Shown: positions 1-9,039 of the stretch, one piece after another | Layout: every line of letters begins with the position of its first letter | Position numbering within the stretch: the stretch's first letter is position 1 | IMG/VR virus record: IMGVR_UViG_3300032083_000683 | Span: 6,409 to 70,408 of that record | Source of the DNA: a virus | Reading direction: 5' to 3' (one strand) | DNA length: 64,000 nt | Translations under genes and position numbers: made by a program | The notes under the pieces: generated by a model | Told to the model about the DNA's origin: nothing | The model's database searches: none | The model's input: the letters and a program-made list of their open reading frames with translations, nothing else

Positions 1-605
1 ACCTCTGGTTTAACAAATTTATCTTGTTTTGGCCTTAAGGTTAAATAATCAGCAGATGTATTTGTTCCCCATACAAAATGAGTAGATCCATCTGTTACAC
101 CACTATTTTCATAAAAGTAATTACTTGATTCGTCTATTTCCTCAATTTGTGGTGGAACTTTACAATATAATATGCAAGAAAAAGACATAACTTTTTTATC
201 ATAACTCACATCATGGTCATGTAAAGGATTATAATCACCAGAGTAACTATGCACTGTCCAAATTGAAAAACACTCCACAGGTATTTTATCGTATTGGTCT
301 TCTGGCAATGGAAAAGTTCCAATGTTTTGTAGAAGGCGTTTACCAGCAACTCCTAATATTTGCATAAGAGATTGCACGACTGGTGCTTTTTTATCAAGGT
401 CTAACTGTGCAGACAATTCGTGTTGTTTTATTTGTCCAACTAAGTGGTTTGAATAATCTCTTGCTTTAGCTCTATTTTCATCAATATATGAGTTTAATTC
501 TTCCATATAATTTAATGGAAGTTTACCCTCAATCATAGTTACAGCTGGCATACTAACTGTTTTTAAATTAAATGCATCATTTTTACTTGGTTTACTTAAA
601 CTCAT
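1..605 (-). CDS. 2OG-Fe(II) oxygenase-like protein (TIGR02466-type), runs off the left window edge
   Basis: Hand translation from ATG at 605 (AGGAG RBS upstream): MSLSKPSKNDAF...SIWTVHSYSGDYNPLHDHDV...SFSCILYCKVP; W-x-x-x-x-x-GDYNPLHxH motif; absent from the ORF track because it is truncated. Confidence 0.75.
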   Translation of the reverse strand, partial: MSLSKPSKNDAFNLKTVSMPAVTMIEGKLPLNYMEELNSYIDENRAKARDYSNHLVGQIKQHELSAQLDLDKKAPVVQSLMQILGVAGKRLLQNIGTFPLPEDQYDKIPVECFSIWTVHSYSGDYNPLHDHDVSYDKKVMSFSCILYCKVPPQIEEIDESSNYFYENSGVTDGSTHFVWGTNTSADYLTLRPKQDKFVKPE

Positions 606-616
606 ATTATAATCTC

Positions 617-1111
617 CTAAACTTTTACACCCCATTTTTTTGCTAGTTCTTCTTTTGAAATAGAGCCTTGTTGGTCTACTTCTTTTTTATGTTCTTCATA
701 TGCTTCAACATCATCATCAGTTATCGTATTTTTTGATTCAAGTAATTTTATCTGATTCATATTATCTTCAAGAATATTATCAACTAGCATTGGTATTTCA
801 TTTAATACCATTTTCATACCCTGTCCACTTTTCATCATAGAGTCTATTTTTTCTTCCATCTCTACTTGAAGTAATGCTTTTGCAACAGATGGACTCATTT
901 TATTATCCTCTAATAATGGAAGTTTGTTTTGTAAAAAATCATCTATTTTATTTTTATATTCTATTTCAAGAAGTGCTTTAGCAGTTTTTTCAATTCTTCT
1001 TTTTTTCTCTTGTAACTTTTCTACTATCGCATCTTTTTGTCTGCGTTTTTCAGTTGCCTCTTGAACTTCTTTAATTAGTTCTGGGTCACTTGAACTTTTA
1101 GTAAAAGCCAT
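617..1111 (-). CDS. hypothetical coiled-coil protein
   Basis: 164-aa ORF with AGGAG RBS and an upstream sigma70 promoter; K/E-rich and helical. Confidence 0.7.
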   Translation of the reverse strand: MAFTKSSSDPELIKEVQEATEKRRQKDAIVEKLQEKKRRIEKTAKALLEIEYKNKIDDFLQNKLPLLEDNKMSPSVAKALLQVEMEEKIDSMMKSGQGMKMVLNEIPMLVDNILEDNMNQIKLLESKNTITDDDVEAYEEHKKEVDQQGSISKEELAKKWGVKV

Positions 1112-1138
1112 AAAATCAATCTCCTAAAAATAACAATC

Positions 1139-1168
1139 ATTATATAATAAAAAAGGGATTGATGTCAA
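1139..1168 (-). promoter_or_regulatory. sigma70-type promoter overlapping the hsp20 terminator
   Basis: TTGACA-N18-TATAAT on the minus strand. Confidence 0.55.
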
Positions 1169-1177
1169 CCCCTTTTT
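1149..1177 (-). terminator. intrinsic terminator after hsp20
   Basis: AAAAAAGGGATTGA-TG-TCAACCCCTTTTT hairpin with A/T tracts on both sides. Confidence 0.65.
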
Positions 1178-1192
1178 CACATTTTCCAAAAA

Positions 1193-1627
1193 TTATTTTA
1201 TATCAATAAGTCTTGGTTTTTTTTCTTCAGGAATAACTTGTTCTAAATGAATATTCAGAAGTCCATTCTCAAGTTTCGCATCATTTACTACAATGTCATC
1301 AGCAAGTGTAAACTTGCGAACAAATTTACGATACGAAATGCCACGATGCACAATAGAATCATCTGCATCATTTTCTTTTACAGAACGAACAGTAAGTGTT
1401 CCATTCGCAACTTCAATTTCAACATCTTTCTTACCAAAACCAGCAAGAGCCATTTCTATAACATAATTATAATCACCATCTTTGCGAATGTTGTATGGTG
1501 GGAAGCCTGTAGAAGATAGGTTATTTGATGTATAGTCTGTTAATCTATCAAAGACTCTATCAAAGCCTACAGCGTATGGTGTGAGTTGATTGAAATTATC
1601 AAATAATGTAAGTGCTTTTGTATTCAT
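1193..1627 (-). CDS. hsp20: small heat-shock protein Hsp20 (IbpA-like)
   Basis: FPPYNI...IEMALAGF...HRGISYRKFVRKFTLAD...A.LENGLL.I.L...PEEKKPRLI alpha-crystallin signature. Confidence 0.95.
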   Translation of the reverse strand: MNTKALTLFDNFNQLTPYAVGFDRVFDRLTDYTSNNLSSTGFPPYNIRKDGDYNYVIEMALAGFGKKDVEIEVANGTLTVRSVKENDADDSIVHRGISYRKFVRKFTLADDIVVNDAKLENGLLNIHLEQVIPEEKKPRLIDIK

Positions 1628-1633
1628 AAGTTT

Positions 1634-1684
1634 TCTCCTTTATTAAGCAAGATTAAAAAAAAGTGAACCCTTTCGGCGTTCACT
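1634..1684 (-). ncRNA. ROSE-like RNA thermometer in the hsp20 5'UTR
   Basis: Minus-strand UTR has hairpin I (AGUGAAC...GUUCACU), then UCUUGCUU-AAUA-AAGGAGA, in which UUGCU pairs with the SD and leaves a bulged G. Confidence 0.7.
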
Positions 1685-1686
1685 CT

Positions 1687-1694
1687 TATTTATA
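1687..1694 (-). promoter_or_regulatory. T4-type late promoter TATAAATA (hsp20)
   Basis: Exact gp55 consensus about 60 nt upstream of the hsp20 ATG. Confidence 0.75.
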
Positions 1695-1695
1695 C

Positions 1696-1722
1696 AAAAA
1701 GTGCGATTTAACTCGCACTTTT
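1696..1722 (-). terminator. intrinsic terminator after the CobS-like gene
   Basis: AAAAAGTGCGA-TTTAAC-TCGCACTTTT perfect hairpin. Confidence 0.75.
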
Positions 1723-1738
1723 CATAATTATTTACAAA

Positions 1739-2911
1739 TTAATTATTATCAGCATTATCCTCTGTGTCGTTTTCTTCTAGTGGATTAACACCAGCATCAA
1801 TCTTGGTATATAAATCCATGAAAGACTCTTTTGTGTCATCATCAAATCTTGCAACACACAATTCAATAGACTTCATTTTATCACCAAAGATTGCATAAGC
1901 CTTAGCAATGTGGTCAAGTCGTCTAGTTGAAATCAACTCATCAACTCCACCATCAAAAAATGTCTTACGAATTACCTCTGTCCAAGTAACTAAATTGTCT
2001 GCAAAGTCCTCATCAACTTTACCATACTTTGACATAGAACCTAAAACAATTTTTTTCTCAACAGTAGTAGATGGATAAGGCTGCTCAATCGTAATCGCAA
2101 ATCTCTCAAGAAATGCCTCGTTAAGAATATTAGTTCCAATAAATCTACCATCTTCAGAACCTTTACCTTTAGTGTTTGCAGTAGCAATCACATTAAAACC
2201 ATCTTTAGGAGTAACCCACTTATTTACTTTTTTAAGGTAAACACCCTTACCCTCAAGAACAGGCTGAAGTGAAAGTAATTTGTTAGATCCTAAATCACAC
2301 TCATCAAGAAGAAGTGTGCAACCTCTTTCCATTGCCTCAATGACTGGGCCTGGAACAAATTTAGTTTCACCATTAACAAGTCTAAACCCACCAAGCAAAT
2401 CGTCCTCATCAGTTTCAATAGTGATGTTAACTCTAATCAACTCTTTTTTCATTTGTGCGTGAATTTGTTCTACCATCAAAGTTTTACCATTACCTGATAA
2501 ACCAGTAATGAAAACTGGATAAAACATTTTAGATTGAATAATCTTTTTTAGTGTTGAGTGATGACCCCAAGAAACGAATCCGTCAAAAACACTAGGAATT
2601 AAATTTTGATTTTCCATGTTTGTACCCATAACTAAATTAACAGCAGTCTGAACTGGTGTTTCAACTTGTGGAACTACTGGAGCTGGAGTAGAAACTTTTT
2701 TAGGTTTGCTCACTTTTGAAACTAAAACTTCAGATGGTAATTTAAAACTACCATTCTCCAAAACTTGAATTTTTGATGTTTGATAAATGTGTCCAATACC
2801 AATCGCTCTCTTAATTTTTTTAAGAATAGACTTGACTTGATTTTCGTTAATGGTAGAACCAGAACCATATTCTGAAACTGCCTCTGAAATAAAATGTTCT
2901 ATTGCTTTCAT
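1739..2911 (-). CDS. cobS: CobS/MoxR-like AAA+ ATPase
   Basis: Walker A GLSGNGKT, Walker B LLLDECD, ATANTKGKGSEDGRF, NEAFLERF; typical of marine T4-like phages. Confidence 0.9.
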   Translation of the reverse strand: MKAIEHFISEAVSEYGSGSTINENQVKSILKKIKRAIGIGHIYQTSKIQVLENGSFKLPSEVLVSKVSKPKKVSTPAPVVPQVETPVQTAVNLVMGTNMENQNLIPSVFDGFVSWGHHSTLKKIIQSKMFYPVFITGLSGNGKTLMVEQIHAQMKKELIRVNITIETDEDDLLGGFRLVNGETKFVPGPVIEAMERGCTLLLDECDLGSNKLLSLQPVLEGKGVYLKKVNKWVTPKDGFNVIATANTKGKGSEDGRFIGTNILNEAFLERFAITIEQPYPSTTVEKKIVLGSMSKYGKVDEDFADNLVTWTEVIRKTFFDGGVDELISTRRLDHIAKAYAIFGDKMKSIELCVARFDDDTKESFMDLYTKIDAGVNPLEENDTEDNADNN

Positions 2912-2950
2912 AAAAACCTCATAATGTAGTTAAAATCAATTTATAATATA

Positions 2951-3020
2951 ATTGTAATCTAAAATGGTAGCTGTGTCAATAGTTTTTTTAAAAAAAGATT
3001 TGTTTAAAATCAATGACTTA
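2951..3020 (-). promoter_or_regulatory. sigma70 promoter with upstream IHF-consensus box
   Basis: TTGACA(2979-2974)-N17-TACAAT(2956-2951); AATCAATGACTTA at 3008-3020 matches WATCAANNNNTTR. Confidence 0.7.
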
Positions 3021-5249
3021 CGCAACCATTTTAACAAATTTGTTAAGAACTGGTCTGTTTAGCAACTTACCATTATTCATTTTACTAAATGCTCTCTTAA
3101 TCTCAGCCTTACTTGCACCAGCTTCAACATTTAAATCAGAGTTCAACTCTAATTTTTTAGTGCCTGGTAAAATGTAAAACTCATCATAACCTTTGGATTT
3201 TGCAACAAGAACATTTTCTTTTTTAAGAATATTTCTTAACTCTTTAAACTTTTCAGTTTCATAACAATTGATATCAAACTTTTCTTCAAGAACTCTTTGG
3301 TCTATTCTACCACTTTTGCCTGTTCCAGCAATGAAGAATCCAACAATATTCATACTAGGAACTCTTTTCTTTAGCAAAGACAAAAGCATAGGTGTTTGAT
3401 AATCATAACCATAATGGCCCTTTACTTTTTTAGGGAAGGCTCTGTTATTTGTAGCACTATCAGTTATTACATATTTAGTGTCACCCCTAACATAATAACT
3501 TTCACTATATATTTTAACACCATTAAAGTTTTCCTCTTTCACATGGCGGTAATACCTATGTAAACGATTACCATGCCCATCAGTTAAAAATACTGTGTTA
3601 ACTTTTTCTACACCAGTATCTTTTTTAAAATTAGGAACAATATCTAAAGCACAAATAATTGCCTCGTTTAGTGGTGTTGATCCTAAATGAAGTTCATGTG
3701 GTATTGATGGTGGCCAGTAACCTAAATTTCTACAAGTTTGTCTATCGTACGCAAAACATATTTTTAGCATATGTTTCATCATTTTAGATTGGTCTTTCTT
3801 TTTCATTTTACTTGACAGAAAATTGAGTAACCTAAGATTAGATATATCTAATTCACCATGATTAGCTGACTGAACTTTTTCTTGCATTTCCTCATCAGCT
3901 CTACAATCTATCCTATTCCAATTACTAGTAAAAGCATAAACCTCAAATGGAATCTTAACACGATTGCAAAACCATACAAGGTTAAATAATTGTTTCATAG
4001 TGCCTGCGAGATTTTCTGCCATTGAACCTGACCAATCTAAAAACATAACCATACCATGATTAGTTGCACCAGGCAAGTTAGTTACTTTTGCAAACAAATC
4101 ATCATTGAATTTATAAGTATGTAATTTACTCATATCAAGTGAGCCTGTTTTAGAAACTGAAGCACGAGCATATTGACTTGCAGCCTTCTTCATTTCAAAT
4201 TCTTTAACTAAATAAGAAACTACTTTTTTACTTGAATTTTCTACTTTAGAAAACTCATCATCAATGACACTATCCCAAACACTACTATCATCAATATTAC
4301 TAGAAGCTGCACTAAAAATTTTATCAGATGAAATAATTATCTTATCTAAATTAATTTTTGGTGTTTTAAGATAAGTTCTATCTTCAGCATTTTTATCTCG
4401 TAGTCCATCAAGTGATTTACTGTAAGTGTTATCTGTTTTAGCAACTATTGGTTTATTATCATAACTATCACTACCATACTTACCATTACTTTTTACCTCA
4501 ACTTTTTCTTCTTCAGATTCTGAAACAGTTTCGTCTTGAGTAATTTTGTTTAATCTCTCATCAATGTCTTTTTCTTCTGTTTCATTTTGTGAGTCATCAG
4601 AATTATTAGAATCATTTTGAGATTGTGTTTTTATTTCAACTTTTTCAGTATCGCCTTCTTCATTACCTTGCTGTGGAGCATAAGAAGGCTGTTGCTCTTG
4701 TTCTTGAGATTCTTCCTCTTGACTTTGATAGTCATATAATTCTTCTGCAAGATTTAAAACATCATCAGGTGTTTTAGTGTTTGCAACTCTATCAACCCAT
4801 ACTTGCTCGTCATTTGAAAAAGGAACATTAGGAACATTTTTAAAGTAAAGATTAATTCTATCAATCAATCCTAACTTTGAAATATCTTTTCCCTTTATGT
4901 CAAAGAAATCTTTTGCGTCTAATTCAGTATAACCTTTTTTGAAAGAATATTTTGAGCCAAGATACTTGTTTTGAATTAATCTCTCAATACGAGCATCTTC
5001 AATCACATTAACAAAACTAAATTCAATCTTGCGTTCTTTTGCCTCTTTTAGCATTGACAATGGTGTATATAACGCATGACCTACTTCATGTAGTGTTAAC
5101 ATATCTTGAACTGGTTTGGACATATCTTTCCAAATAGGTAAAACTAATTCTCTAGTTTCTACATTGAAAGAAGCAGTTTCTACTTGTTTATGAATAACAA
5201 ATAAATCTTCTTCAGCAAGTAATTTTGCGAGAGTAGAATTATCTTTCAT
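3018..5249 (-). CDS. CobT-like protein: N-terminal HExxH metallopeptidase-like domain plus vWA domain
   Basis: HEVGHALYTP, NVIEDARIE, acidic linker, MIDAS DWSGSM, STPLNE, LTDG; adjacent to cobS. Confidence 0.85.
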   Translation of the reverse strand: MKDNSTLAKLLAEEDLFVIHKQVETASFNVETRELVLPIWKDMSKPVQDMLTLHEVGHALYTPLSMLKEAKERKIEFSFVNVIEDARIERLIQNKYLGSKYSFKKGYTELDAKDFFDIKGKDISKLGLIDRINLYFKNVPNVPFSNDEQVWVDRVANTKTPDDVLNLAEELYDYQSQEEESQEQEQQPSYAPQQGNEEGDTEKVEIKTQSQNDSNNSDDSQNETEEKDIDERLNKITQDETVSESEEEKVEVKSNGKYGSDSYDNKPIVAKTDNTYSKSLDGLRDKNAEDRTYLKTPKINLDKIIISSDKIFSAASSNIDDSSVWDSVIDDEFSKVENSSKKVVSYLVKEFEMKKAASQYARASVSKTGSLDMSKLHTYKFNDDLFAKVTNLPGATNHGMVMFLDWSGSMAENLAGTMKQLFNLVWFCNRVKIPFEVYAFTSNWNRIDCRADEEMQEKVQSANHGELDISNLRLLNFLSSKMKKKDQSKMMKHMLKICFAYDRQTCRNLGYWPPSIPHELHLGSTPLNEAIICALDIVPNFKKDTGVEKVNTVFLTDGHGNRLHRYYRHVKEENFNGVKIYSESYYVRGDTKYVITDSATNNRAFPKKVKGHYGYDYQTPMLLSLLKKRVPSMNIVGFFIAGTGKSGRIDQRVLEEKFDINCYETEKFKELRNILKKENVLVAKSKGYDEFYILPGTKKLELNSDLNVEAGASKAEIKRAFSKMNNGKLLNRPVLNKFVKMVA

Positions 5250-5280
5250 AGTTTTTGCCTTATTTGTTAGTGATATGGTA

Positions 5281-5360
5281 ATTATGGACTATTACTATAT
5301 ATTTGTCAAGTGATTTTACACAAAAAGACAAAAAAAGAATTGTTTAAAATCAAGGACTTA
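5281..5360 (-). promoter_or_regulatory. sigma70 promoter with upstream IHF-consensus box
   Basis: TTGACA(5309-5304)-N17-CATAAT(5286-5281); AATCAAGGACTTA at 5348-5360. Confidence 0.7.
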
Positions 5361-5889
5361 CTGTAAACCCTTGATTTTCTTGATATTTTTCTGCTCGTTT
5401 TTTAACCTTTTTAAGTCTTTTTAGAGCCATATTGAGTTTTAAATTGCTTACTTTTTGTGTAAAATCTGTGCCTTCCATATGGTCATATTCATGCTGGAAT
5501 ACTCTACACTCTAAACCAAACATTGCTTTTTTGTGCAATTCACCTTTTTCATCTTCATAAGAAACTTCAATTCCATCAGGTCTACTTACCTTTAACCACA
5601 AGCCTGGATAGGATAAACACCCCTCGTCCATTACAGTTTTTTTGTTTGATACTGATAATATCTTTGGATTAAAACACGCAATAATTTCTCTTTCTTTTAC
5701 ATTTGAGTACATTACAAATACTCTTTCCATAAAACCAATTTGATTTGCAGATAATCCAATCCCTTGAAAATTTTTCATACTATCAATCAAATCCTCTTTG
5801 ATTTTATCTCTATCAATTTCATCACTACATTTTTCAATTGGTATTTTTAGCATTGGGTGTGTTGATTCTATTAATTTGTATACTGACAT
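5350..5889 (-). CDS. def: peptide deformylase
   Basis: GIGLSANQIG, EGCLS and QHEYDHMEG motifs. Confidence 0.95.
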   Translation of the reverse strand: MSVYKLIESTHPMLKIPIEKCSDEIDRDKIKEDLIDSMKNFQGIGLSANQIGFMERVFVMYSNVKEREIIACFNPKILSVSNKKTVMDEGCLSYPGLWLKVSRPDGIEVSYEDEKGELHKKAMFGLECRVFQHEYDHMEGTDFTQKVSNLKLNMALKRLKKVKKRAEKYQENQGFTVSP

Positions 5890-7343
5890 TATTTCATAAA
5901 CTCCTCTAATGGTGATGTTACTTTAATTCTTACACTTGCAATTTCATAATATTTCTTTTCTTTTTCAATTCCTATAAAATCAAAACTTTCATCTTTTGCA
6001 GCCATACCAGTTGAGCCACTTCCCATAAATGGGTCTAATACTGTGCCACCTTTTGGTGTTACAAGTCTGCAAAGATATTTCATCAATTTAATAGGTTTTA
6101 CTGTTGGGTGTATATTTTTCCTCTCTGTTACAAATCTATCAGTAACATCATTATCTATTTTAGAATCTTTCATATCATGTGCATTTCTACGACCAGGCAT
6201 ACTTGATGCTTTCTTTATTGGTAAATTATCCAATCCTTGATCTCTTTCCGACTTTGATGCTTTTGCACAATAGAAGTATCTTGATGCATCTCCACTATCC
6301 TCATATTCTATTGTATATTGTAAAGATTTCATTCCAGAATTATTATTTGTCCAAACTTTATCATCTTTTCTAGGTTGTCGGTTTACTGCTTTTCTTTTTA
6401 CATTCCGAGTCTGACCAAAACTTAATTTGTCAATACCTATATTTTCTTTAGATTGTTTGCCTTGGTCACGAAAATCTGGATTAGTATCTGGATATTTTGC
6501 TTTACCCTTTGTGCCAGTTTTTGGGAATATGTCTTTCATAACATCACTACCATCGTGAATTACATTTGCTGGGAATCTACCATCTTTAGTTCTTTCTTTT
6601 ATTTCTTCTGGTGTAATTTTTCTTATTTTGAATGTGTTAGTATCTTGATAACCTTTTCCACCGCCACCAGTTTTATGCCACCCACTTCTGTCATTTTCAT
6701 TTGCATATTCAACTCTACACTCATCAATATTAATACCACCAGTTCCATGTTTCAATACATTATCTGCAACAGTCTTTTCTGATATTGGTTTTCTTGCCAT
6801 TACGATTGGTTCATGTGCAGGCTTAAGGTGTGTTCCCCAACCATCCCAATTTCTACCATCTCCAGTTGCAAAATCATATTCTTTTGTTTTTGTAGTTCTA
6901 TAAAAAGTGTCAATATCGTTTCTAGTATTACCTTCAATTTTTTCTCTTTTTACACCATGCATTTCAGAAGAGCTATCTTTTGTTCCATGACGAACACCTC
7001 TATGAATTTTATCTATATTTTTTCCAATATTCATACTCTTTGGAAATCCACTTCCATAAATCCACATAATCTGATCTCTGATTTCAAAACCAGCATCTTC
7101 TATTGCAACGGCCATTCTATGGTAAGTTCTACTTCCAGAAAATGCAAGAAGATGTCCGCCAGGTTTCAATAATTGAAATGCAAGTTCCCATGTTTCTTTC
7201 TGGAACGCTATTCCTGTTGAATCCCAACCCTTACCCATGAATCCAAGTTCGTAAGGTGGATCTGTAACAACGGAATCTACCTGAACACCATCATCAATAA
7301 GTTTTTTCATTTCTTGAATACAATCACCATTAAGTAATAACAT
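5889..7343 (-). CDS. DNA N6-adenine/N4-cytosine methyltransferase (beta class)
   Basis: Motif IV DPPY near the N-terminus; HPTVKP and motif I VLDPFMGSGST near the C-terminus. Confidence 0.9.
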   Translation of the reverse strand: MLLLNGDCIQEMKKLIDDGVQVDSVVTDPPYELGFMGKGWDSTGIAFQKETWELAFQLLKPGGHLLAFSGSRTYHRMAVAIEDAGFEIRDQIMWIYGSGFPKSMNIGKNIDKIHRGVRHGTKDSSSEMHGVKREKIEGNTRNDIDTFYRTTKTKEYDFATGDGRNWDGWGTHLKPAHEPIVMARKPISEKTVADNVLKHGTGGINIDECRVEYANENDRSGWHKTGGGGKGYQDTNTFKIRKITPEEIKERTKDGRFPANVIHDGSDVMKDIFPKTGTKGKAKYPDTNPDFRDQGKQSKENIGIDKLSFGQTRNVKRKAVNRQPRKDDKVWTNNNSGMKSLQYTIEYEDSGDASRYFYCAKASKSERDQGLDNLPIKKASSMPGRRNAHDMKDSKIDNDVTDRFVTERKNIHPTVKPIKLMKYLCRLVTPKGGTVLDPFMGSGSTGMAAKDESFDFIGIEKEKKYYEIASVRIKVTSPLEEFMK

Positions 7344-9039
7344 GACTAAAATTCCTCACTTTCTCAAATTTAATTGTGCTTCTAAATTTATCAACTAATG
7401 TATCTTGTTTATGACTAATTACAAATACATTCTCATCTTCAAGAGTGTTTAATATTTTAAGGAACTCATCTGTTCCAGCACCATCAAGTGAACTATCAAA
7501 TATTTCATCAAGTATAAGTAAATTAGTATTAACACTATTTTTCATCTTTGCAATTGCTCTCCATGTGAATAGAAGTGCAAGGTCAATTCTCATTTTCTCA
7601 CCCTCACTAAATGATGCATAATTAAACTCATCTCTATGCCTTGACTTAATAGTTTCAGTAAAGTTTTCATCTAATGTAAAGTTTACATAAAAATCCATAG
7701 AGTTAAGATACTTGTTGATTAATTTATTCATTATAGGTAGATACTGCTTAATTACTTTTGTTTTAATACCAGTATCTTGTAGTATAGCACGAGCTGCATC
7801 AGAATATGATTTTTCTTCTTTTAGAGATTTTCTTTGCACCTCTATTGAATCTGAATTATTTTTAAGTTCAGTTAATTTTTCTATATCACTATCACTCACA
7901 CTATTTGTATTAAATGAATCAATCTCTACTTGTAACTTAACATTAAATTTTTCTAGTTGATTTATTGATGCATTTAACTCTGCAAGTTTTACTTGGTTTT
8001 TTCTAATTGTTTCACTTGCATTTACTATTTCAGAAAATCTAGTTTCCAACTTATTATTTTCTATTTCAAGTTTATCTAATCCATCTTTTAATTTATCTAT
8101 GGCTTCTTTTTTTTCTTTAATCATTTTTTCTTTAAATGATTTTTCAATCTCTTGCTTACAAGTAGGACACTCAGTATACTTTTCAAAAAACTTCATTGTC
8201 TTACTGTGTGTTTTATGTTTTTCTTTTATTGTTGTCTGATAGTTTTGCAACTCTGTTTTTTTTGTTTCAATATCACTTTTATCAGATATACTTTTTAATA
8301 GATTATCACTTTCAGTAGTAACTTTATTTCTCTCGTTTGTTTTATTTGTTATTTCTTTTTTATTTGTGTTAATTGAATTTATTTTTTGTTCTATAATCTT
8401 ATCTTTATTTTTCTTTAAATCATCAATATGATTTTCTTGTAAATTAATTTTTTCTGTAATTAAATTAAAATTATAATCTACTTCTTTTATTTCATCTTGC
8501 AATGTTTTAATATTTTGTTTAAGCAATAAATTCATAATAGAAAAAATTTGTATATCAAGTATTTCTTCAACAACTTCTCTACGATGTGTTGACTTCAGTT
8601 GCATAAATGGAACAAAAGTAGAACTACCAAGTATAACTACTTGTGTAAATGAACGATAATTAAGTTTGAGTATTTGTTGCTCTAATATTTTTTGATAATC
8701 ACGAACACTAGCTTCTTGGTTTAGCATATTATCATTTAAATAAATTTCAAACTTATTTGGTTTGATACCTCGTATCACTTTGTAGTTTTTACTTGCAATA
8801 CTAAACTCAATCTCAACCATAGTTGAGCCACCATTAATTGAATTAACAAGTTGACTTTTACTAATGACACGAAATGGTTTTCCAAACAAACCAAAACATA
8901 GTGCATCAAGAATTGTAGACTTACCAGCACCATTTTCACCTATAATGAGTGTAGTAGGATTTCTATTTAATTGTATCTCTGTAAAATTATTTCCAGTTGA
9001 CAGAAAGTTTTTCCATCTCACACTTTTAAAATTTATCAT
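7330..9039 (-). CDS. gp46: recombination endonuclease subunit gp46 (Rad50/SbcC-like)
   Basis: GENGAGKST, CPTC zinc hook, FSEGEKMRID, LILDEIFD. Confidence 0.95.
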   Translation of the reverse strand: MINFKSVRWKNFLSTGNNFTEIQLNRNPTTLIIGENGAGKSTILDALCFGLFGKPFRVISKSQLVNSINGGSTMVEIEFSIASKNYKVIRGIKPNKFEIYLNDNMLNQEASVRDYQKILEQQILKLNYRSFTQVVILGSSTFVPFMQLKSTHRREVVEEILDIQIFSIMNLLLKQNIKTLQDEIKEVDYNFNLITEKINLQENHIDDLKKNKDKIIEQKINSINTNKKEITNKTNERNKVTTESDNLLKSISDKSDIETKKTELQNYQTTIKEKHKTHSKTMKFFEKYTECPTCKQEIEKSFKEKMIKEKKEAIDKLKDGLDKLEIENNKLETRFSEIVNASETIRKNQVKLAELNASINQLEKFNVKLQVEIDSFNTNSVSDSDIEKLTELKNNSDSIEVQRKSLKEEKSYSDAARAILQDTGIKTKVIKQYLPIMNKLINKYLNSMDFYVNFTLDENFTETIKSRHRDEFNYASFSEGEKMRIDLALLFTWRAIAKMKNSVNTNLLILDEIFDSSLDGAGTDEFLKILNTLEDENVFVISHKQDTLVDKFRSTIKFEKVRNFSHVIT

